Positions 25,354-35,899 of a DNA stretch of 64,000 nucleotides are shown piece after piece. Under the pieces are notes generated by a model. It searched no databases and was not told where the DNA came from. It worked only from the letters and a program-made list of their open reading frames with translations. Both the position numbers and the translations under genes were made by a program. Source of the DNA: Octopus sinensis (lineage: Eukaryota). The first letter of the stretch is position 1. Every line of letters starts with the position of its first letter. The stretch is from contig NC_043000.1 in assembly GCF_006345805.1 (NCBI RefSeq), positions 146,258,001-146,322,000 of the forward strand, in the 5' to 3' direction.

Positions 25354-26293
25354 ATAATATACAAACAGGTTACTCGCAGCACATACACTCCAAACACACA
25401 CAAGTATTTCACAGACGATGGGCATTTTCGCTCTCGCCTTCCCTCAAAATCCACATTCTCCATCTCAAACTTCCGTCTTTACCTCCTATATCAATGCAAG
25501 TCTAATACATCTTTAACGAAAGGTGCTTTGGAGATTAAACTGGTCTGTGTTCAGTCACCTAACGTAAATCCTAGTCCTTTTATTCTTCGACTTACTCCTG
25601 TCCCATCAAATGAAAGATAGTTTGCAGGGAAAATTATTTCATGACAATCATTAGGCGAAAGTAGTTCTAGCGACATGACCACTTGTCATGTCGCTAGATA
25701 TGATATGGAAGTAGTGATACTTTACATACACTCCCAACATGCTTCAATGATGCATAGCATTCAGAATCCATAGCAATTAGGTCTGTCATTACCCTGGTTT
25801 CACCTGCGGTTGCTTTATTTTTCACAGCATACTCTTCTACGCTGTCCACATATTCTTGAATACTTCTTGTATTATTAACCCCTTTTTGTGGTTCAGCTTT
25901 ATTTCATTGAATAAATATTTGTTGGTTAGCAGGCGGGGAGTGATTGCATACTATAAATTCAAGTATGGCTATTTTATGACAATTTGTATTTATTGTCGAT
26001 GCTTGATCTCCTAAAAAAACCTATACGTTGAAGGTATGTCATGTTTGGAAACAACATTAAAAAGAATAGAACAAACTAGAGTATGATGATAGCTCTATGA
26101 CATTCAGGGACTTCGAGGAAATATTTAGTGGCACATAGCGAATGTTATGCTAAATTCTACAAACTTATGTTAAAAAGTGTTATGTCACTAACTTACACAA
26201 CTACTATTTGGTTTAGTCAAACATCGTAAGTACCTCTACACACATTACACTATTGTTGATATGAGATTTTATCTTTTATATTTTATCTCTTAT

Positions 26294-26440
26294 TGTTATG
26301 ATGTTTTAGTGTAGTTGCTGACTTATTGCATATCCATCTACCAACTGTTCAAATCACCAACACGTAATCCAACGATAATCTCTTCTTCATAGCTTCTGCG
26401 ACTCTCTGTATAATATAAGGCTGCGCATACGACACTCTCA
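26294..26440 (-). mobile_element. Gypsy 3' LTR (right part), interrupted by a LINE 3' end
   Basis: tgttatgatgttttagtgtagtt...caccaacacgtaatccaac...ggctgcgcatacga aligns with the PBS-adjacent LTR at 31298-31400. Confidence 0.75.
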
Positions 26441-27699
26441 TTTCTTTATTCGGCCACTCAGGGCCAAACACAGAAGGAAAAATACAAGGATAGACAAAGC
26501 AGGCAGTGGGAGGGAAAACGAATGAATTAATGAAAAGATCATATATGAATGTGGAGATGCAATGGCTACACGAACTTCGTACTCGAGTAGTTATATTTAA
26601 TACATTTGTTTTACCCTTATTAGGTCATCGAGAACAATTGACAGACGGGGATGAGATGTTCAGAAATGGGTTTTCGTGTCCTTTATCTATGTTTTTTGCG
26701 AGAGTTTTGTACTTTTGATTGGTATCTTTTGCTGGAGCTCTTTTAGCATATCTCCTCCTTCTTTTGGGCTTCACATTGTAGTCACACTCATCGCTACCTA
26801 CATCTTCTGGTTCCTGCGTTTTCTCCGTTACCTCTACAACTACGCTCTGGGGCTCGGCCGTAATATTCTCAGTCTGGGGTGGATTGTACTTGGGCAATGG
26901 AGTTTATGTGTCCTCTACTTCCACATAGATAGCAGTTTGGTCTCCTCCCCTTAACTACTAACTTCAACATATTTTCCTCCGGTAATACAATTTCAAATGG
27001 CAACTCCTCGATGTCATGGTAGGTAGCTTGAAGCAAGATTTCCAGGCCATATGCCCATCAATTCACCCCCTGCGTTCTATCGATGTGCAGTAATCTGACC
27101 TCCTTCTGGGTGGCAGCCATTATGGCTGCCACCTGCCACACTTCTTATATTTCCGGTGGAATCCTTCCGATCCGCACTCTTACATTTCCTCCCACGTAAT
27201 CGGCAGAAGTATCAAGTCTGCCGACCTTAGCGTTGTGGTCGAGTGCCGCACTGCTTCCTTGTCGGTGGCAAAACGTACCCCTGCCGTGCCAAACTTCCTC
27301 CCTTTATTAATGAATTATGCTTCCTCCATTACTGGTAACAAGCAACTCTCTAAATCGCTCTCCGTCGCAAGTTCGATTTTCCGTGATGTGGCTGATTATG
27401 TTCGATAGGCTACCGTTCTTCTTTTATTCTCTTTAACACTTTCTTCAGGTGGAACCACTTTTATAGTCGTCTCTTTCTTTTGAAAGCACTGTTGACATGC
27501 ATTCAGCATCTCCTTGTTTATTATGATGAAAATTAATTTTCTCCAAAAAAATGGGGCAAATGAACAACAAGTCAAAACTGCCAAACAGGGTATGCACAGC
27601 TATTTCAACAGAAACTTCAACAATGGGTCGTCTCGCAGGGGAAAAGACTCAACAAGAGACAAACCTCAAGCAAAATTACAAATGGGGAGGCGACTCTCG
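26440..27699 (-). mobile_element. Tx1-like ORF1-only element (5' UTR, ORF1 with zinc knuckle, 3' UTR and tail)
   Basis: VRVRIGRIPPEI..VAAI, WAYGLEILLQATYHDIEELP, GRRPNCYLCGSRGH; tail ...aataaagaaat follows with no RT. Confidence 0.72.
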
Positions 27700-28270
27700 T
27701 TTTCTTTATTTGGCACCAAGGCCTTAACATAGAGGGACAACACAAGGACAGACAGAACACTACAGTGGGGACAAAAAAAACATAAGACGAATGAAAATAA
27801 AAAATGTATAATGAAATCGATGATGATGAAATGGATGCATTGAGCCCCTTTCTCAAGAAGTGCCCCGTGTGGGTGTACCACGATTTGTTAAATTGTTTAA
27901 GTTGGAATTTTCGTCACTGTTTTGCTTGTATGTTATTTGAATGTGTTTATCCCCCATCTATGGGAGAAGTTGAGAAAGGAAGAGAGATGGAGAACGGACA
28001 AAGTTACGCAGCGGCAACAACCTAAGGTATAAATGCCAACACTCTGGAAGTACACTGAAAAAAAACATCGTAGACATTTCGGCTTCACCGGATAGGTATA
28101 CAAAAACAGATACACGCGCAGGCATACATAAGCAGAAAAAACATACCCACAGCCAAACCACCCAGGTCCCCACGTAAAAACATATACACCGCATACACAA
28201 CATACTACAAGACAAGTGTGAATATCGAAAAACTGCTAACCAAATGGAAGAAGATAACAAGAGTAAAACT
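27700..28270 (-). mobile_element. Tx1/L1-like LINE 3' end with decayed ORF2 C-terminus
   Basis: Tail tgtctgtccttgtgttgtccctctatgttaaggccttggtgccaaataaagaaa; upstream decayed coding-like sequence. Confidence 0.55.
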
Positions 28271-28299
28271 ACCTGCAGGGGAGTTTCCCCCCAATAAAA

Positions 28300-29040
28300 A
28301 GTGTGTCCTACTGGACATGGAAAAGTTTTTTTAATTAAAAAACACTTTCATGTCTCATATAGACCCCATAGGGAGGGAGGTAGAGTTTCATGCCTTGCCT
28401 CCTGACATCGAATATAAAGAAGTGGGAACACTCGAAATGTAACTGTCAATTGTTTTCGATGAACTAGTAAGGAAAAAACAAATGTAATAAATATAACTAC
28501 TAGAGTACGGGGCTCGTGTAGCCATTACATCTCCACATTCAGTTATAAACTTTTCATTAATTCATTCGCTTTTTTCCCCCGATGCATGTTTTGTCTGTGT
28601 TAGCCCCTTAGTAGCCAAATAAAGAAGAGAGCGTTTCCTCGCCATTTGTAATTTTTGCTTGATTTTTTGTTTCTTTCGGTGGGTTTTCTCACGCGAGACG
28701 GACTATTGTCGAAGTTGCTGTTGAGAGTGTTGTCCGTGGTCTGTTTGGCAGTTTTTGTTTTCATTTCCCCCATTTTGGGGCGAGAGTTGGCTTTTCATCC
28801 GCGGGAACGAGAAGGAGTTCTGTTGCATCGCTGGAGGTGAAGAAACTGGAAATAAACCAGGAGATGTTGAATGCATGTCAACAGTACATTCAGAAGAAAG
28901 GGAGAGCTTTAAAAGTGGTCCTTCCTGAAGAAAGTGTCAAAGAGAAGAGAACTTCGATTTTCCGCAGGAGGTGAATTATTGGGGATATGGCCTGGAAATC
29001 TTGCTTCAAGCCCCCCACCATGACATCGAGGAGTCATCTG
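28300..29040 (+). mobile_element. Inverted copy of the ORF1-only family: 3' UTR/tail joined to the next 5' UTR/ORF1 with an internal deletion
   Basis: 28490-28580 matches the reverse complement of 26510-26600; 28850-29035 matches the reverse complement of the 27.0-27.5 kb ORF1 (WGYGLEILLQAPHHDIEE). Confidence 0.75.
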
Positions 29041-29872
29041 AACAATCTATTTTTTATTACTCCAATATTTTCGGGTCTGTCCAGTTCTTTGTCTACTTGA
29101 TTCAATGCCGCGAAAGGTGCAGCTCCCTTCGGTTTAAATACCGAGACAGCTTTATCTTTTACTTCAAATCTTACTTTCGTCTCTGTGCACCTACCTAAGT
29201 CTTCTGAAAAAACATCGGGAAACATTTTTTTTTAATTTCTTTAAATTTTCCGACACCATATTTGAACTACTGTACATTATTACAAAAGGTATTTATGGGT
29301 AGATCCCATAAATCAAATATTTGCATCCAGTCTGTACCAAACAGGTTTATAGTATTTTCTCTTACGTAAACTTTAGCTTCCGTTGTGATTTAGGCTGAAA
29401 ATCGTACTTCCTTTCTTGAAATATCACATTTTCTTGAAAGTACGCCTTCTAAACTTTTTCCATGTATCGATGTTTATAATCGCGATATCGCTTCCTGTAT
29501 CCAATTGCACTTTTTTACTTGCACTTTCGTTCTACCTTTTTTCTTCAGCCGGTGCTAATGTTCGTAAAAGAAGCCTTACCCTTTTTTTTATCTGTCTAAC
29601 TTTTACATTCTTCCTTAAATATTTCCTCATACCTTCTAAAATATGCCGGAAACGCAATCCCTTCTTCAGGATTATAAAAAAATTCCTCAATCGAATTGGC
29701 TACTCCATCAACTGAAAATGAACCTGACGTTCTTCGACTGCATCAGTAATTCTAACAACTGCTGAGTTCGCTGTTGTTGTTGTTGTTGCTGCTGCTGTTT
29801 CCGTTATTCTTGTTGCTGCTCTAGAAGTTGCTGTTGGTGTTGCTGTACCACAGGGTCTAACAGTTCTTCCAT
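29034..29872 (-). mobile_element. Ty3/Gypsy gag-pol remnant (gag N-terminus, protease, start of RT)
   Basis: ATG at 29872; EEFFYNPEEGIAFPAYFRRYEEIF..DKKKVRLLLR; LDTGSDIAII; FPDVFSEDLGRCTETKVRFEVKDKAVSVFKPK..PFAALNQVDKELDR. Confidence 0.88.
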
Positions 29873-29890
29873 GCTAAGAACTTTGAATGT

Positions 29891-31144
29891 TATTTTATTA
29901 CTACCCACAAGGGGCGAACATAGATGGGACAGTACAGTCGGGGAACTTAAAATAAGAAAGCGAATGACAAGAAAAGGAAAAAATAAAAGTAAAAAATGAC
30001 ATATGAAAGAATATTTACAATGAGATGTAAATGCCCACTCGATCCCCGGAATCGAGAGGTTACATTTTAGTCACATATATTTCACAAAATTTTCTTTTTT
30101 TTTTTTTCTTCTTTCTTCTCTCTCTTCTCACAATTCTATACGTATTCCATAATAGTTTTCAATTCTCTAAAGTCAATCACTGAGCCCTCAGGCAGCCGCT
30201 CTCTCACTCGAACACCCGTGTAAAACGTTACACTCTCTCCGGCAGCTCTGAGGAACTCAGCGACTCTTTCTTCGGGGATTAGAGCAGTCTCCTGCCACTG
30301 ATCGGTCATCCTGTTGACCCATATATGTCCCTCCGTATTACATGTCAATTCTTTCATTTCAGGGCAGAAATGGAAGGTTACTAACATGTAGAAGCCGTAA
30401 TCTTGTTTCCGTCCTACGTTTTCCCTCGTTTTTCTTTTCGGGCTTATTTCTTCTTGTTCTCCTCTCTTTGTTTCTCTCTTTCTCTCTTTTTGCTTTCTTT
30501 TCTTTCTTCTTCCTTCTCTTGTCTTTTTGGTTCTTTGTCTGTTCTCTCTTTCTCTCGTGTTTTATGTTCCTTTTCTTTTTCTTTTTGTGTGCCGTCTTTC
30601 TTTCATTTGATTCTGATCTCTCTCTTGTTTTTTCTGTTGTTTCTTTTTCCTTTTTTTTTTCTGGCTCTGTTTTGGTTCCATTTCTTTCTTTTCTTTTATT
30701 TCTTTTTCCTTCATTGACTTATTATTTCCTTTCTCTTGTTGTTTTGTTTCCTTTTCTATGTTTTCTTTTTCATTTACCGTATTCTTCTTTTCTTCAAGTT
30801 CCTGCTCGCACTCCGCTATGAATTCGTATAACGGGCACTCTTTTTTAATGTGCCCCCTTGTCCCGCACAAGTAGCAGTTTGGCTTTCTTCCCTCTACAAT
30901 TACACTGAGGGTTTCTCATCTTCAATTTCTATTCTGTAGGGGAACCTTTCAATGTCCTCTTTTGTGGCCATCAAACACAGTTCTACCCCATATCCTCTCC
31001 AGTTTACCGCGTTGGACTCCTTAAAGGATTCCACCTCCACTTCCTCTTCTGCTGCTCCTAGAATAGCTGTTGCCAGCCATTCTGTTTTCACTTCTGGGGG
31101 TATATTCGGGATTTTAACCCGGACCCCTCTTCTTCCCTTTTATG
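29891..31144 (-). mobile_element. 5'-truncated Tx1-like ORF1-only element with 16-bp TSD
   Basis: TSD taagaactttgaatgt at 29875-29890 and 31145-31160; VRVKIPNIPPEVKTEWLATAIL, CYLCGTRGHIKKECP; tail ctatgttcgccccttgtgggtagtaataaaata. Confidence 0.85.
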
Positions 31145-31250
31145 TAAGAACTTTGAATGTCTCACTGTTATGAAGTGGGCGGTTTTATATTATTTTTCGC
31201 AGCGCGAAATTAGAAAGCACGTGTCCACTTTTGTGAAATGCGTGAAGTTA

Positions 31251-31297
31251 GAATCCTTGTCACCACTTTTGCGTTTAGTTCGAATCCTTGTCGCCAC
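31251..31297 (-). promoter_or_regulatory. Primer-binding site, probably tRNA-Ser(GCU)-type, tandemly duplicated
   Basis: tggcgacaaggattcgaac immediately after the LTR end (..cataaca); second copy tggtgacaaggattc about 31 bp away. Confidence 0.7.
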
Positions 31298-31400
31298 TGT
31301 TATGATGTTTTAATGTAGTTCACCAACACGTAATCCAACAATATCTCTTCTTTTTAGTTCCTAAGACTGTATAACATATGGCTGTGCATACGAGAGTCTG
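31298..31400 (-). mobile_element. Gypsy 5' LTR (right part), interrupted by a LINE 3' end
   Basis: Ends ..aca next to the PBS; aligns with 26294-26440. Confidence 0.78.
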
Positions 31401-32880
31401 TTTCTTTTATTGGTTACATAGGGCCCAACATAGAGGGGACAATGCAAGGATAGACAAATGTGTACAAAGTGTTTTACAATGAATGATAGCCAGTGTAATG
31501 AAATCGAGTGAAATAAAAGTTTTTAAAATTTCAAATTTTTACAAGTTGTCGGGGTGATTAAACCACCACCGTTGTCCAACGTATCCCTTTTTCTCTCTCG
31601 GATGGCCATACTTAGCGCATTCCATTCGTTCGTAGCACTCTCTGAACAGCCGTCCATCGTTTTACAAACGTAGTATGCGACAGGCCAGCCGGATTTTACT
31701 ATTAAGGTTGTAGTTGAAATAACTAACCAACCCGAGACCGGAGGTGAAGCTACCAGTCGCGATTCCTCTTTGACGCGTACTCCAAACTCGATAACAGATT
31801 TAGCCGATTGCTGTACTCTTTCCATCGTTGACAACAGTTGCTCGATATAGGCTATCAGTTCCCTGATTTCCGCACACTGCACGAAGGTGTGAAGATCAGT
31901 TTCATCATCCTGCCCGCACCTCGGGCATGTCGGTAGAACGGCAAAACCATACCTTGATAGCTTCATGAGCGGTGACCACATCCGCTCAACATCCAGGTAG
32001 AGCCAGACGTGCCTAAACCTTAGTGCAAACTTACGCATTTCCAGCCACGGCATCCCTAGCCCACACTTTAAAGGTTTTTGACAGTAGACAGAAAGCTTTA
32101 CAAGTAGCCTCCCCCCTCACAAAGAGCGAATAGGAAACATTTCAACTTGTTCAGCCAGGAAACAAGGCAAGGTACAACAGTCACTCAGAGATAACTCTCT
32201 TCCAGACCAGGTCTCGGTTAGGGCAATCACCTTGCTTGTGACCTCATTCCAATTCCTCTCTATCTAGATGTCTGGACCGAACCATACCCCTAGTATTTTA
32301 ACAGGATCTTCCCTCCAGTGTCGCAAGACGTTATTAGAGGGAATCGACTTGCTCCTCCAGGTGCCGAGTTACAAGCCGACTGACTTACCTTGGTTAATTC
32401 CTGCTTCTTTCACGGCTTCGTATCTTTTGATGGCGTTTTCTACACAAGGTAGCTGCAACTCACATCATGTACAATGCACCCTGAATCCTCCATCTTTCGC
32501 AGTAATGGCTCAAGAGCCAGCACATATAAACCGGAAACAGGGAACATCCCTGGCAAACCGATCGCCTGATGTTGAAAGGTTTGGAGAAGAAACCGTTCAC
32601 CCGTACGACACATTCAATGTTGCAGTGCAAAGCAGCAATCCAGCCGCGGAAAGTTGGGCCGAGAACCGCTGCCAGGTACCGATGGTTGACCCTATAGAAA
32701 GCTTTAGACTGGTCTAAATGTACCATCGCCCCACCTTTGCCAGAAATTTTTCCAACCCGCTTTAAAGTGTAGCGTATGAGGTGGAGATTGACGTGTATCG
32801 TCCTGCCAGGGATAGCGCAAGTTTGCACCTCCCAAACAATGCTGTCCACGACCCGCACCAACCTCTTTTTTAACACATTG
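31401..32880 (-). mobile_element. 5'-truncated Tx1/L1-clade LINE ORF2 (RT and C-terminal zinc motif) with 3' tail
   Basis: LDQSKAFYRVNHRYL, RRSVCQGCSL, VKILGVWFGPD..RNWNEVTSKV, PTCPRCGQDDETDLHTFVQC. Confidence 0.9.
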
Positions 32881-33599
32881 ACAGCAGAGTTATAGGCCGT
32901 AAATTACTAATAAATTTCTTAGATACTTTCTTTTCAGTGTCACCATGTATTAAGAAGATCGCTTCGCAACTATGTGGTTCAGTCCCGCTGATTGCAAATC
33001 CGTCGTATATGTATTTCTATTTCTATGTTGTTCGTGTGTGTGTGTGTGTGTGCATATACATATATTTTCCATTCTTTCTTTTACATATGTTTCATTGCCT
33101 GATAGTGAAGCAGCTTCTGTTAAAGTAGCACTTAAACTGGAGTTTTATGTATTTTGTTTAAATCTTTTCAAAACAGAAATGTATAATAGACCGCGAAATC
33201 TCAACGTAGACAAGAATATCTGTTTCTCTTAAAAGGAAAATTAAAATGGTCAGTTAGCTTCAGCGTTGAAAATGTTTGATCTAAATTGTGAAACAGATTA
33301 ATATAAACATAGCAACTGTCAGAAAAATAAGATGAATCGAAGTAAAAAATCTGACCTTGTATAATCAAAAGATGTTCAATAAATTCAATTCACACTTCTT
33401 ACATATATAGTATTTCTATGAAAACAATGGAAATATTTTATTACTTTGGATAGAAATTAATCCTCAAATCATCGCCAATGGACAGCTTTGCAGCCATAAG
33501 TTTTAGTCTAATCAGAGTTACAAATCAAACATCTAATGAATTACAAACTGGATTAAAGGAGGTAGAGGATGATTTGAAAACACTTTTTATCGAATCATT

Positions 33600-34250
33600 C
33601 TATATCATATGAAATTGTATTGCAATAGTAAGTATGTGGTGAGAAATCTTCATAAGAATTTACACAAAAATTTTAGCTAAAATAATTGAAGACAATTCCT
33701 AAACTTTAAAGGAAATATTTAATAATACCAGGCTCATCTGGAAGAAAATGCCGAAGAGAACGTTTATATCAAGAAGAGAAAAACAGCGGATGCAAAGCAT
33801 CTAAAGATCCAATACCATTACTGTTACGCTGTAAGGCATTAGGTGTCTCTTTTAGTAAGTCACTGATAATTATTAGAATTCTTAATACACGTACAATGAG
33901 AGAATTGAATATAAATATTTTATTAGTTCCTTGCCGCCGCGTAAATAAAAAGAAACAAATATAGATGAAACATGCGTTATTCGAAAACTGGGTGTATCAA
34001 AACGTTGTTCCTGAAGCTGAATTTTAGAAGACAGAACATAATATTGAATTGTAACTTGAAATTTATAACACATTACGTAAAAGATAGATGAAAAGTATAT
34101 AGGACGATATCGAAGACCGACTTACTATTTCGGAGGTTGAGACACAAATGAAAACTTCTGCATTGTATGAAATGTACTGAAATCGTCTTACATATATGCA
34201 GGTTAGGTATTTGGACTGCTTTAGTTCTAAAATGAATCGATTTCGAAAAA
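33600..34250 (+). mobile_element. pogo/Tigger-like transposase fragment, decayed
   Basis: NTRLIWKKMPKRTFISRRE..KASKDPIPLLLRC (pattern ETGLFWKKMPxRTFISKEEK..KASKDRLTLLL); ALFENWVYQNVVPEAE. Confidence 0.75.
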
Positions 34251-34440
34251 AAGGAAAATATATACGCAATTATAATTAATTATAATTAATTTTGCCAATT
34301 GATTAGGAGGTAATGAACTGGATTATATAATGTTGCATAAATTGAGAAAGCAATTTTATTCCACCATAATTTCAGACGACGAATGAGAGTTTGATGTTGA
34401 TTAAAATGACTCATTGACAACTGTAAATATTCTAAGATGT

Positions 34441-35002
34441 TCCTTTCTACTCTAGGTACAAGGTTCCAAATTTTAGGGTAGGGGGCCAGTCGCTGAGATC
34501 TACCCCAGTACGCAACTAGTACTTAATTTATCGACTCCGAAAGGATGAACGGCAAAGTTGACCTCGGTGGAACCCAGAACGTAAAGACATACGAAATACC
34601 TATTTCTTTACTACCCACAAGTGGTTAAACACAGAGAGGGCAAACTAGGAGAGACAAACGGATTAAGTCGATTACATCGACCGCAGTGCGTAATTGGTAC
34701 TTATTTAATCGACCCCGAAAGGATGAAAGGCAAAGTCGACCTCGGCGGAATTTAAACTCAGAACGTAGCGGCAGACGAAATACCAATTTCTTTACTACCC
34801 ACGAGGGGCTAAACACAGAGGGGACAAACGGATTAAGCCGATTACATCTACCCCAGTACGTAATCGGTACTTAATTTATCGACCCCGAAATGGTGAAAGG
34901 CAAAGTCGACATTGGCGGAATTTGAACTCAGAACGTTAACAGCAGACGAAATACGGCTACACATTTCGCCCGGCGTGCTAACGCTTCAGCCAGCTCGCCG
35001 CC
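34441..35002 (-). mobile_element. SINE family A tandem multimer (one head, about three body units)
   Basis: Body motif recurs at about 34533, 34710 and 34881; head at 34960-35002. Confidence 0.92.
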
Positions 35003-35899
35003 ATAATATTGTGAAATATTGACTGCAAATGACAAGAAATCTGGACATTTCTCTTATTCCGTAAGAGCCTAATATAGAATACATATTGAAAAATCAAATA
35101 GACATAAAACATTGTATAGAGACATACCTATAGTGTAAACTGACTTGAAAAATAATTAGACTCACCAAAACTAAAGATTTCATGAGGTAGCTGACTATAC
35201 TGAACATTAAAGAAGCAGAAGCAAAGACCAGGATCCATGGTACAGATTGTTTTCAACAACAGCAGAAAATGGAAAGGATATTTTAATATATCCACGTAAA
35301 GGGAACAGTTAATATAACAACCACTGCATAGAAAAGTGATGTTGAAAATCATATTTAATCTTGTACGGATTATAGTCACAGGGTTAGGCTTATGCTGGGT
35401 ACATTCTTCAAACTTTAATCGATGATAATACCCCTCCGTGCTTATAATCAGTCTAACTTCTTATGTTATTGTTCACTAATTTGAACAATATAACTGATCA
35501 TACAACAATGTAAAAATAGCAAAAAAACTCTCTTTTTTTATCAGTTTCTAAGAAATAACGCAAATCTTGCCGACACTGACAAATACCAGCCACTTTGGGT
35601 TTTGTTTAATTATGTATGTGTGTGTTTCTGTGTGTGTGTGTGCGCGCGCGCGTATGTGTGTGCTGTGCCTGTGTGGAGAGCGAGAGAGAAAGAAAGAGAG
35701 AGATACATACATAACACACTCGCAGATTATTCATATTTTGATCCATTTAAATGAAGAATTTCTTACATTTTTCTTAATGTTTTTATTGATAATATTAAAG
35801 AAGTGTCACTCTTGATTTACACAATTTTGACTTACATTTTTGTTGTAGGTAGGTAGGTAGGAAGGTCGGTAGGTAGGTATTGAACCCCCAGTCTTGAAG

